This document shows positions 12,701-25,710 of a DNA stretch of 64,000 nucleotides, one piece after another. Under the pieces are notes generated by a model. That model made no database searches and was not told the origin of the DNA. It saw only the letters and a list, made by a program, of their open reading frames with translations. The stretch is from Podarcis vaucheri (Eukaryota). The stretch is from the NCBI GenBank assembly GCA_965113315.1, contig OZ220369.1, one strand, 5' to 3'. Within the stretch, counting starts at the first letter, position 1, and each line of letters opens with the position of its first letter. A program made the position numbers and the translations under genes.

Positions 12701-15700
12701 TTGGACGGTCCCTGCTAATGGAGAGGTTACAATGCGCCTCCATTTCTCTTCCACCACAACAGGGTACTTTGATCAGGTCCTAAACTTTGAGATCCTGGGG
12801 ACCCAGCGACAGTATCAAGTTTTCTGCAGGGGTGTCTGCATATATCCATCCATTTGCCAAGATCCTACGTAAGTGCTAGGAAAAGGGCACTGCCTAGTTA
12901 TATAAGCCTTCTGGGCTAGGATCCAGAGCTGGCCTGAGAGATGTGTACCTTCACCTCCTTAAAATAAAGCTGCATCTAGTACCCAGCAGAAAGGTATTCT
13001 GCAAATATGAGGTCCTGTCACAACACAGAAGAGAGAGGATGCTCCAAGCAGATAACATGTCTCCTGCTGATGTGGTTGCAGACACTGGCTGAGGGCTGTG
13101 CCCTTGACTGCCCCGTGAATCTATGGGTCTCTTGCTTCCCTTTGTGGTGAATTCTGTTTTCTTTCTGAAAACTGTAAGGAAAAATGCTGCCAAAGGCTGA
13201 TATGGAAATCAGACATCTATCTGTATAAAGCAGTTATAATGAGAGTGAACCTCATTCCTTGCCCCTCTTGTATTATACCTGCCAAGACACTGTGCAGTCA
13301 GATTATTTGCTGAAGCACCTCTACATCCAGGCAAATAATGAGATGTGGATGCTTGTCCTGAGCAGGTGAATTTTCCAACTAAAAGATACATAGAGATTAC
13401 GCTACCGTGGGGGTAAAGATTATACCTATTTTCCTCATAGTCAAATAAATTTAGAATTGAATTTCTCTTGAATATCATTGATATTAGTTGACAGTGTAAG
13501 ATCTGTCTCATCTTGGCACTGAGGCCAAGGGAAATGACTCAGTAGTTCACAGGCTGTTTATTTGAGGGGCATGTTTGTATTGCCCCCCCCCATGGATGCT
13601 ATGCCATCACATGGGTTGATGTTGCCACCAGGTGTCCAAGGCAGGAAATGTTCAAACTTGAGACTATTACTACTTCCTGTCCTCCTTACCCAATTCATTT
13701 CTTGCTTTCATCCAAGGTGGACAAACCTCCAGTATGGCCATAGTATGGATCTCCTTCCAAAAAGGATATTCGTCCCTTCCCCAAGGGACCACCTGAAGTT
13801 CCACTGTTGCAGTCTTGTTGATCTTTCCCCCATTGCACACCTCCTGATGCATTTCTGCTTCTTTCCTCCAGGATTGTCTTCCCACACCGTGTAAAGAGCG
13901 TCAAAGCCGATGACATAATATCCAAAAAGTACATCATGAATTTGGGGGTCTTTCACTTTGGCCCCTTGCTGTGTGGGAAGTCAAGGGAAAAGTAAGTGCC
14001 GGTTGTGTTCAGCATAAAAGGACAAGCAGTTAGCCCAGAACTTCAGCAGTATTGAACTCACTGGTTGACAGTATACCAGAATTGTTGAAGTGCCCCCACA
14101 TGAGCTAGAAACCTGAATGCTGGGTCCAAGCTCCATGATCAGTGGTGAACATTTTCAGTGCAAAAACAAGCTTTCCAGGGTCGTGAAATGATTCTTCAAA
14201 TTCTGCCAAACAATCCTCCACTTTTGTGTTCTCCATCCTGGCTGTAAAAGAAGGCGTGATTCCATGATGCAGGTCTCCCTTGAGTGCAAATTGCTCAGTC
14301 CGCACAGGATGTTGCCTGCTCCAGGCAAACATATCTGAGCCAGGGAACATGGGAAGTGCTTCAGTGTTAGGCAGTGCCTTGTCATGAGAGGCAAGTGTAG
14401 CCCTGCTCTTCAACTCCCAATGTAAGCTATTCATGCCTACAGGTACAAGGCCCTGCGATACCCCAATCATTATGAAAAGCTCACCATCCTCAACATATCT
14501 CCTTTGGATGCGGAAGTTCATTTCTTCTTCCAGTATGACTCCAAGGCAGTCACATACCTCTTTGACCCCCCTACCATGACACTCAAGCCCAACGAGAAGC
14601 AGGTAATGACATGAGGCAACCATTGTCTGTAGTGTGCCTTTCACGCAAGTCAAGGCTTTCCAGCTGAATGTGTGTCATCCTGACTCCCCAGGAGCTGACA
14701 ATTTGGGCTTATCCAACAGCCAGTGGTATATTTGAGGACAACATTGTCTGTTGCATTAAAGAGAATCCAGAGCCTGTAATCTTCCGGGTCAGCTGCCAAG
14801 GAGTTCGCCCAGAGTTGGAGCTAGATCGCCGGCTGGTGCATTTTGAAAAGCTCCTATTGCACAGGTAGATCCTGCTGCTTTGACCTGTTGCTTCCTCTGC
14901 TTTAAGTTCCTTGAATGTTTTTGGGTGCTTTGGATGCAGCAGGAGTTTGAGACATGAACTTTCACCATTGACCTCTGAGCATACAGTGTATTTCTCTGCA
15001 TTGAGTGAGGTTTGAAGGGCATGTAAACTGTGAGCATGTAAAACTGAAGTTGCTGGCCTTGTTTATTCAGTTGAGGCTGTGTGCAAATGAATCCTCTGCT
15101 CAGCCATTATGCGAGCTACAGCATGGAACTCATCTGGGTGTCATTCTCCAAGAGATGTTCCCTTCCTTTTGCCGTATGAGTCATGGCCACTTTCCCAGTT
15201 GGGTGAACATGATCTCACCTGCCCAGCATAAAGAGGCACAGCAAAACTCTTGTAGCCCCCAGAAAACTATGCTGCTTTGGCTTCTCTTGTTTCTGCAGAA
15301 AGGAGACAAAGCCACTCTACCTCAAGAACTTCACTCCTCTGCCTGTTGCATGGAGGGTCAGTGGCATGGAGAACATTGGTGATGATTTCTCTCTTGCCGT
15401 TGATATGGGTGTGATTGAACCCTACTCGGAGTACTGCCTGCTAGTGAACTTTAGGGCCACAAAGACACTCAACATTAAGAAGGCCATTCGCCTAGAGGTG
15501 AGCATTCCTTGGCAGCTACAGTCCAGTTGGTTGGGTCTTGCATGCTGCCACTTTTCCTGGTGTGTGTGGTTTGTTTGTTTGTTTGTTTGTTCGTTTTGCA
15601 AAAGCTTGGGAGTGCCTCTGGTCCTTGGGGCTGTAAAAATATCAGGGTGGCACTTACAGGAACAGCCCTATCAGGTGGCAGGATGGGGCACCTGCCTCAG

Positions 15701-18700
15701 TTGGCAAATCCCATGGGGCAGCAGTGAGGTGTTGGTGGACAAAGCTGTGTGTGCTACATTGTCTTCTCTGCAGCCCCTCACTTGGCATACTGTCCCATCA
15801 GTCACCCACGTTGAAGTTCATTCCAGGGGATACTCTGGTCAGCCTCTACATGTAGAAAGGTGAGGACCCCATTTTGTCCTTTGCCTGAAGCAGCATAAAA
15901 TATTGGCCAGGCTCTGGGCACTTCTTTAGCTCTGTGTATCATTTGGTGTCTAGGGCTTGAACTAAGACCAGAATCAACTTAAAAGTTACACTCTGCTCAC
16001 TTGCAGAATTTAACTTTTCATCCTAAACTGTAGTAAAACATTGATGGAAATAATGTTTTTTCTGATTGCTTCTGTATCAGTCATACTTTTATTTGAGACC
16101 AGATAATTGCAGGTTTAGGCAACAAGAATGTGTGTGCAGATAAGAATGTGTGTGTTTGTTCTGGGCAAAGCCAGTTGTGGAACTCTTCACCAAGCCACAA
16201 GCCCTAAGAGGGTTCTCAGCCCCCTCTCATATTCTTCTGTGCAGACGAGTTAAATTTGGATAGCTCATTTGGTTAGAGCGTGGTGCTGACAGTGCCAAGG
16301 TTTCTGGTTCGATCCTGTAACGGACAGCTGCATATTCCTGCATTGCAAATGGTTGGACTAGTCAGGCACGGCCAAACTCAGGCCTCCAGATGTTTTGGAA
16401 CTACAATTCCCATCATCCCTGACCACTGGTCCTGTTAGCTAGGGATGATGGGAGTTGTAGTCCCCAAACATCTGGAGGGCCAAGTTTGGCCATGCCTGGA
16501 CTAGATGATCCTCAGAGTCTCTTCTAAACCTATGATTCTATGAGATATCTGTGAGGTATCTTAACTATCACTAGAGCCTTCTCTAATCTTGCTTCTGCAG
16601 GATTTCTTCCATCAAAATCTCCCTCTGTCCTTTCATCAGCCCTCCTCTTCTCTTTCTTCCTCAGGATTATCTGCTGCTTATAAAGCAGAACCGACCACTC
16701 CTGCTTGTTCTGCAGCTCTGCTTCCCATCACCACTCCTCATATAGGCCACCTGAGCTTAATTACAGCCAGCTGGTGTGGGTGGGGGGCACTGCTGCCTCT
16801 CCCATCTTTACCACACATATGTTCTACTGCTGGGATAAGGCGTGGCTTCCCTCCTGCTCCATTTTCACAAAACTATTTGTTCCCTCTGAAAAGGGGACAG
16901 GGAATTGTTCCCATTGTTGGGCGTGGGGTAGCAGTGGCTTACCAAACGTGACAGAATATGACATGGCTGAGGGATTTATTTATTGTGCTTTTAAAAACAT
17001 CTCCTAGGCTCTTATATCAACCACAAGGTCTAGCATCATTCTCACTGAATTCTGGTCCAGAAAATATGGCTGTATTGGCAACAAATTTCACCCAGCAAAG
17101 AGTGATCCTAAGGGAGCTCAATAGGACTGTTGCTTGCTGTCATTTCAGGTTTCAGATGTGGAAAATATTCTGGGGATTGTCCAGATTGAAAACATCCAAA
17201 TCATTGCTGAAGCCTATGATGTTGCCCTGGACATCAGCTTTCCCAAAGGTGGGTTCAGCGCTTCCCAGCCAAAACCATTCTGAACTGATTGCTTACAGGA
17301 AAGAATGCTAAGTAAGAGTGGCCAGTCAAGAGTAAAGGACCAAAAGGACAATGAACCAATATTGGAAAACTAATAAAAAAAACAAAGGACAAGAAAACTA
17401 AATCCTGGCCTCCTCAGACAGGACTTCCCTATGTCCCTTTCCTACAAATTAAACTATGCAACCCGTAAGAAGAGCCCTGCAGCAGGATCAGACCAAAAGC
17501 CCATCTAGTGCAGCATTCTGTTCCCATAGCAGCCAACCAAAGGCCACTGAGAAGCCCATGAATACGGCAAAGCACAACAGCCCCTGCTCTTCCAGCAGCT
17601 GGGGGTGTTCAGAAGCATGCTGAGGAGTAACATATAGCCACCATGAGAGCAGTCACCACTGAAGGGGCATTTCTCAGTAGATAGTTCTTTCAACATGGTC
17701 ATATGTTATTGCTTCTTGTTGCACTCCCCTTTCAGAGAAGCAGATCCTGGCAGGTATAGGAGCTCCTACACAATGTAGATAAGTCACTTTGGGAGTGTGT
17801 GTGTGTGTGCATGTGTGCATGATAATAGTGCTTTTGAACCCTTTCCTAAATTCATCCTGTCTCACCTGGGACCTTGTCATCATATGATTGCCTGGAGTGC
17901 AGCCTTCCACTACCTGCAAATGCACTCCAAGTGTTGTTGGACCCCCAACTTTCAACAGCCCCAGCCAGCATCATCAGTGATCAAGGATGATGGGAGTTGT
18001 AATCCAAAGCAACCTGAGGGCACCAGATGGGGGAAGGCTTGGACATCCCTTTTCCCCATCTTTCTTTCCGCCTTTCTCTATGCTTACCTGCTTTATCCAG
18101 ACATATGCACCACCCTTTGCTCTCAAAGGAGGAGTTTAATTGGTTTTAAAAGGCAGATAAAAAAGAGCCTTGCTCTTCTGGCTGCATCATGGATAACAAA
18201 GCTTCTGGAGGAAAGATATAAAGAACTTCAAGGCAGAAACTGCCCTCTGTGAGATGTGCTCTGGCATCCTGAATCACTCATTCCTTAGTACTCTACAGCA
18301 ATTGCTGCTGCTTCCCTCTGCTACCCCAACTGCTGTCAGTGTAAGGGTTGTAATCTACCTGGTCCTGCCTGTGACTTTTACTCCTAAGGGTGGGAAAATA
18401 GCAGTGAAATCCAGACCACTCATGACAATGACTTTTGGTTGCTGCAGGTACAAATGGTGGTGTGGAGCTTGGGAATATTAAAGTCATGGATGAAGCTAAA
18501 CAAGTGCTGTCCCTGAAGAACAAGGGAAAATATGAGATTGGGTACAGGTGAGCTCCATTTACTCTGAAGGCACCTTCTGTTGTGCCCTTTGTCTCCTGTT
18601 GGCTTTATTAGCATGGGCTGAAGATGGTGCACAAACACTACTGCCATCAAACATCACCCTCTTCCTCCTCAGTCCTTCAGAGATTAGTTATTGAGCTTGG

Positions 18701-21700
18701 CTTTACCCTAATTGTAACCCAGATTCAGGTCATTCTACATTCAGGGCTTTGGTTTAAGTAAATTCTTTGTGTTTCCAATATCTTGGCCGAGGACTTTCCT
18801 TAAGGTCTAGGTATTTTGGAGGTAGGAGCAGAGTAAGTGGCATTCCTTCATCCAAGTGGCAGCCCACACTTCCCACCCACACTTTAATTTGGGTTTTCCT
18901 TATCTGCAGTAAGGAAAAACTCCTACGTAAAATCCTCTGTTACGCAACTGTGGATGTACTGAAGTATGTTGTGTGGGCAGGGTTTTTGTGTGTGAGTGGT
19001 GACATTTTGCTGAGTGTTGTCTATCACCCCTCTACTTCCATTGGCAAGCTGATCCCTGGTGGGCTGCTGATGGAGTCAGACATGGCACACTCTCTCTCTT
19101 TTATGCTGCTTTGTGCAAATTTGATATACTGGGAAATGTGTAACTGAAAAATAAATTTTAAAATGGCTGTGCACAGGCAAACCAATACCTGAGTGCATGG
19201 CCTACAATGAATCTCAGGTTTCCAGTACCCAGGGAGGATGGAGAAGTTCCAGTTGCGGGGAGTAGACAGCACAACATCCCATCAAGCACCACCCACTAAT
19301 GTGGATGGAAAACATTGAGACAGAGTTCTATTGAAATTCATCATGTGTAGATGAAAGTGCACAAAAGCATGCGTGGAAAAATGGGCTCTTCAACCCACAG
19401 GCTCATTGACACAGGCTCATTGTGTGCACACCTCACGCTTTTGGGGGTCATTATATTAGTTTAAAATGGACACAGCTGGCCACAACCTTTTGGGAAGTTG
19501 TTTCAGTATCTCTTCATTTTCTTACTGCCTCTAGCTTTAGTGTCTGTCATGATTCTGGACCAGTGCTGAGGAGTCTTTGTTTTGTCCTTGTTCTCTAGCT
19601 TTGTTGTGGAATCCACAGATCATGGGATGCCCAATGTGACTCCACTCTTCACCATCACACCACAGAAAGGGAATTTGGGTCCCAATGACCGTCCCACTTC
19701 AGTCCTGATACTTTTTCGCTCTGGGAGGGAAGTGAAAATTGAGGAGAAGCCTATTCTGCAGTGCCATGTAAGAGAGCTGGCAAGAGCTGGCAGTAAAGAG
19801 GCCTTGAAATGCCTTCACTGTGTATACTTGAGTATGTGTGTGTTTGTACATGGCACATGGACTTGGTGGCTAAGCAGTGCCTTCAATGCATAGCTGCTGC
19901 TGTTACAGGATCCTTCTTTGCTTAGGTGGTCTCTCCAGAAATCACCATATGAGCGGAGACTGCCTTAGCAGTCAGCCTTTCTACTTACCAAAGACACAAA
20001 ACAGGGAAAGAAGGCTCAGAGCCAGGGGATTGGTGGTGGTAGGATGATGAATGGTCAAAGGGATAAGAGGGAGCAGACTGGGAGGAGGAGGTGTTAGAAG
20101 CTGAAAAGGTGACAGGGTTTAATGAGCAGAGAGAGGCTATGGCAGAGAGCAATCCAGACTCAGAGGCAAAAGCAGGGGGGGGGTGTCAAAAGGCAGAGTG
20201 AAGGCAGGCTGCTGAAGAAACTAGGGAATCTCCCCTTCCTGCTGTGACCAGCTTCCCTGCCACTTGTCTCCCAGAACACGTAGATAAATGAAGAGAGCAG
20301 AGCAGAGCAGAGCAAAGAGAGACAAGATGGAGGAGGCATAGACTGCTGGGGAAGGAACTGGGGGAGGAGCAAGAGAGAGAGGTGGGAAGGTGGGGACCTT
20401 TGGTCCTTGCAATTGCCTCATTGGGGCAAGATCTACTGCTGTGATCACTAGGCCTGCACTGTTTTAGTTTCTTTGAATAAAGAGTGCCTCCTGGCAGGGA
20501 GTCTGCTCTTGTGCCCAGGTGGCTTATTCTTGGAGCGCTGGTCTCTGACTGCCATTCCTTATGATGACCTACATGCATTGGAACAGTTCTGTGATAGGAG
20601 GAGCCAAAGAAAACCAATCTCTCAGCAGAGTCTGTGCTGGACAGGGGGCATGTTTCCCACCTCTCCCTCTGCAGCTTCCAGGTGGGAAGAGAAGAACAAG
20701 AGGGTCACCAGGGCAAGGATTTGGATTGTGGTGCTTTATCGACACAAGCTGGAGCTCATCCTTCTGCCAGCCTAATCTCTTGTCCTCTGTCTAGGTTGTT
20801 GAGCCCAACCTCTGCGAAGGAGGAGAGATCATTGCCACCATTCCCATCAAGGTGTCAGTGCATTGCATGTTTACCAAATACAGCATCACCCCTCCATCAC
20901 TCATAAACTTTGGGCCTGTGGTACTCAATTCCCGGAAGACCAACAGCTTCACCATTGAGAACAAAGGGATCCTCGACTTCAAGTATGGCATCTGCAGGCA
21001 AATCCGAGATGTGGTGATCCCACTGAGGAAAGGGTGAGCAGGCAACGGGGGATGTTTTCTTGAGAGAGAGGATGGATTTGGGCTCTGAACTTGATTGCAA
21101 TTTGGAGTGTGTTCTCAGGCAAGGCCAGTGTGGCCATGCAGAATCCACATGTTCAACCTTCCTTTTCCTTTCAAAACCTCATTAGGTTCCAAAGAAGTGT
21201 CATAAAATCCAGCCACTGCAATAAGGCAGCATGTTTCCAGTGTAATGAAACTACCCTGAAAGTTTGCTACAGTTCCCCCACCTCCCAGCCTAGAAGACTC
21301 CATGCTCTCCTTTTCACCCTCCATTCATCACCTGACACACACCGTCTAGCTGCGACATGAAGTCATTTGCCCCTCTGGTTTCACCACTTCCTCATCAGCC
21401 TGAGATCACTGGCCCCATGCCAGCCAGCCACGGACTTGTGGCCCTTTTGGAGGTGCCTGTCTGCTGGTGACTCAGACTTTGGGAGCCTCTGACATGTGTT
21501 TGTTCATGAGTTTATCCCCAATAAGATGCATATTTCAGTTCTTCCCAACTGTAGCAAAGTCAGGCTCTGGAGTGGTGGCTGGAGTCTACACCCCCATCCA
21601 GAAGTATTTTGTTTCCACTTTCTCTTGCAGACCCTCTCATGAGAAGTCCTCCCGCACTAGTGATGTCTACCTTGGCCGGCAGACTGCCCAGCTGGGAAGG

Positions 21701-24700
21701 CAAAGCAAGCGCACAGAATCCATGCAAAAGGATGTGACCACGGTGGTGCAGGTAGGCAGGGGCCTGCTTCCCCTTCATCCCCATGAGCTCTGGGTCTAGC
21801 ATCTGGGTCGCTGGTGCTCTTTCTAGGCTCCTTGGGAGCTATTCTTTCCTCATTCTTTGTCCTTCAGATCTTCTGGCCATGCAGGGATAGTGTTTCCTAT
21901 TGGGCAAATGTGAGACATCTTACTGTTTTGGGGAGGTTGGGTGGGAATGGTATTGCCAAATATGTTATTGTTTTCACTTATTTATACAAGCAGCAACAAT
22001 CAATATTCAGCAATTGCCTGTCCCCCCCAAGCACCAAATGTCTATTTAGTTACATTTAATGTTTAAGTCGGGACGCGGGTGGCGCTGTGGGCTAAAGCCT
22101 CAGCGCCTAGGGCTTGCCGATCGAAAGGTCGGCGGTTCGAATCCCCGCGGCGGGGTGCGCTCCCGCTGCTCAGTCCCAGCGCCTGCCAACCTAGCAGTTC
22201 GAAAGCACCCCCGGGGGCAAGTAGATGAATAGGTACCGCTTACCAGCGGGAAGGTAAACGGCGTTCCGTGTGCTGCGCTGGCTCGCCAGATGCAGCTTTG
22301 TCACGCTGGCCACGTGACCCGGAAGTGTCTCCGGACAGCGCTGGCCCCCGGCCAATAGATGTGAGATGGGCGCACAAACCCCAGAGTCTGCCAAGACTGG
22401 CCCGTTCGGGCAGGGGTACCTTTACCTTTACCTTAATGTTTAAGTCACTTCAGTTTTTAAGAAAAGGTATCATTCCACAAGTCGCTGTGTGTTTTTGGAG
22501 GCCTATATCCATGTTCTGTTGATGTTGCCCGTGTAATAAAACTATGCCGGGTTGATTGAAAGGGTTTTTTTTTTTGGTCTGTTCGACTCTCTTGGATGTG
22601 GGTTGCCAATTTGTTCATTAAGTCCCAGAGTCATATAGAGTCTTCCAATACCTTGCTGGTTTTCAATGTTGTAACTTTGTGAATTGCATCTGTATGGACA
22701 TTACTCTTGTTAGTTGCTTTGAGATGCTTTGTTAGAGACCAATGAATGAATTAAATGAAGTATCTAAACAAGCACATGTGCGCCATCTTGGCAGGTGCTG
22801 TGCTCAGGGAAGGAAACCAGGGAGAGGAGGCAGAGAACAACATTCCTTGGGAACAACCTCTCCCTCCCCAGGTGTCCCACATTAATGGACTCCAGAAAGG
22901 AAGAGCAAGTAGGGTTGGATGCTCTGATTTGGTCCTCAGCTTTCAGCATCCTCAGCATTGGGCACACTGCTGCACCTGTGTAAGGTTTGCCAAGTGCAGC
23001 TTCCTTACGTTGCCAACTGTCTCTTTCACCTGCTTCTATAGTAAGCAGACCCAAAATAGCTGGTGCAGCACTACCTGCATTGGTTCAGTGGCAGCTGTAG
23101 TGAAGGCTGCCTCCTGCTTGGGCTCTCTCCATAGGCTCGCTTCTCCCTTGGCATATTCACCGTCTCCCCTGGATTTGGAACCATTCCTGCGGGAGGCCAT
23201 CAGACCATCACTGTGGACTGCATTGCAGATGCAGTAGGGAAATTTGAGGAGTACATGACCATAGAGATCACTGACCGAGACCCCGACGACAACCCTGGTG
23301 GCATTCAGTACAGTCTGCTTGCAGAATCATGTGTCCCAGGTAGGTGATAGTAGCAGCTCTGGAACCATCACAACTGGAAGGAGAACTAATCTCTTGAGTC
23401 TCTTTCATTTTGCCTGCCATCTGCAGGGAGGGAGGGATTTATTTTGTCCTGTGATATTATTCCAGGGAGTAGCCCTCCTTACCCTGAAGCCCTGTGAAAG
23501 GAATGATAAATAATTACTTTTGGAAGAGTTGCTCTGTCCTATCTCAACTTCAATCTGTAATTAAGTTGTCCTCACTGTATTTCCCCAAGGTTTTGTGATG
23601 GATGACATGGGGACAATTTTTGAGGAGCATCGAATCTGCAACAGCAGCAACCTCAGCCAGGTTCTGAAGACCATAGGATGCGAGTGTGTGTTTGTGACTG
23701 ATGAAAACAAGTTCATCTTCAATAACGTTTTGGTTGGGCACCAGGCAGTTGCCCGGTTCAAGATCTGCAACACTGGCCGAATCCCCTGTGATGTGGTTTT
23801 TAGCGTAAAGTCCATCTCTTCCAAGGTGAGAGCATCTGCTGTGCTGTGGTGGTTTTGTGTGGTAGCTGCTGCTGCTGCTGCCACCGCCCCTTAGATTGGG
23901 AGTTAAGATTGTATTTATTTAACACGGCTCCAGGTGGCCATCATGGGTCTCTCTTGCAATCTTCCTAATGTTCCTCCACTGCTAGCTTTGATACAGTGGT
24001 ACCTCGCAAGACGAATGCCTCGCAAGACAAAAAACTCGCTAGACGAAAGGTTTTTCCGTTTTCGATTTGCCTCGCAAGACGAATTTCACCTATGGGCTTG
24101 CTTCGCAAGATGAAAACGTCTCGCGACTTTGTTTCCTTTGTCTAAAAACAAAGACATGTTTTGTTTATAAAGTTAATTTATTTTCCCTTCAATTTTTGAA
24201 CTGCTCTTTACAGTATGTGTGACTTTAAAGAGCAGTTAATTAACTGTTGTTGTACCAAATTTGGCTTTGTTTGGACTTTTTTGACCATAGGAACGCATTA
24301 ATTGATTTTCAATGCATTCCTATGGGATTTCGTGATTCGCAAGACGAAAAATTCGCTAGACGACAAAACTTGCGGAACGAATTAATTTCGTCTTGCGGGG
24401 CACCACTGTACCATGTTTTTATTTCCCCCTGCCTGACTGCCTACCACAAAACAGATTCCCTTCCTTGTGCTTCCTGTAGCCAGTTCCCTGCAAGGGTTGG
24501 CTAGGGCATGTAAGTTACATGACTGCGATGGGAAGACTGGAGTATGGGGAGGATTCGCTTTCCCCATCTATATTCTCCCTGCAAGAGTGTACATAGGAAT
24601 GAATGGCCATGCCCACCATCATGCGCTCTTGTGGTTGCATATGGTCCTCAGGGGTAAGCAAAAAGTTTGCCCATCTCTATTTAACCCAATAAATCACCAT

Positions 24701-25664
24701 GTACATAGCTGAAACAGAATAAAATTAATGGTCTAGGAATTTCATGTGGAAGCTTGTTATAGAAATACAGGGAAGAAATACAGGGATGTTTGCCCCTATC
24801 ATAGCAAACTGGGTCCATTGATAAATCAGTCGTGGCAGCATTTGCTGCATTGGCAGAGCTGGCGGCAGCTTGGAAGGAAGCAGGCTAACTGCCAGTCCAT
24901 AATGCCACAGCTAGACTGGTAGTGGCCGCCAGGACCATATAACACTGGTCCTGAAAGACCTACATTGGCTCCTGGTATGTTTCTGAGCACAATTCAAAGT
25001 GTTTGTGCTTACCTTTAAAGCCGTAAATGGTCTTAGCCCAGTGTACCTGAAAGAGTGTCTTCACCTCCATCATTCATCCCAGACACTGAGATCCAGCTCC
25101 GAGGGACATCTGGCAGTGAGGTTACAAGGAACCAGACAGAGGGCCTTCTTGGTAGTGGTGCCTGCCCTGTAGAATGCCCTCCCATCAGATATCAAGGAAA
25201 TAAACAACTATCTGACTCTTAGAAGACATTCGGGAAATGTTTAATGTCTAATGTTTTACAATTTTGTATGTGTTGTAAGCTGCTCAGAGTGGCTGGGAAA
25301 ACCCAGCCAGATGGATAGGGTATAAATCAGGGGTCTGTAACCCGCGGCTCCGGAGCCGCATGTGGCTCTTTTACACCTTTGCCGCGGCTCCGGGGCGGAT
25401 ACTAGCGAGGGGAGGGGGCGCATTGTGCGCCCCGAGACTCCCCACTGTGGCGGGCGCTGTACTGGCTGTGACGTCACATGGGGGCGGTGCGTGCATTAGT
25501 CACGCACCGTCCTGACGTCACCTTCCCGCCCGCTGTCAGATCGCGGCTCCGAAGATATATTTGTTTTAAATGTCGCAATGGTTTTGTGGCTCCCAGGTTC
25601 TTTTCCCTTCGGAAACGGGTCCAAGTGGCTCTTTCTGTCTTAAAGGTTGCAGACCCCTGGTATA

Positions 25665-25710
<46 letters not shown>

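Larger units (their letters stand above)
24840..25710 (+). mobile_element. L2-clade LINE 3' end with (TAT)n tail
   Basis: Degenerate C-terminal RT-region peptide HITLVLKDLHWLL..AQFKVFVLTFKAVNGL; ends gggtataaat(aat/tat)n; interrupted by a hAT MITE. Confidence 0.75.

Noticed and set aside
16258-16330. tRNA-Ile-like sequence
   Set aside because: Anticodon arm and acceptor stem are disrupted and it continues into a SINE body and tail; not a functional tRNA gene.
19901-20555. Possible solo LTR (TGTTAC start, purine-rich body, AATAAA near 20476)
   Set aside because: No matching terminal inverted end or TSD could be identified by eye; needs a repeat-library search.
23994-24408. Short interspaced repeats (TCGCAAGACGAA) superficially like a CRISPR array
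   Set aside because: Irregular spacing, bounded by TIRs and TA TSDs, eukaryotic context, no cas genes; these are internal MITE repeats.
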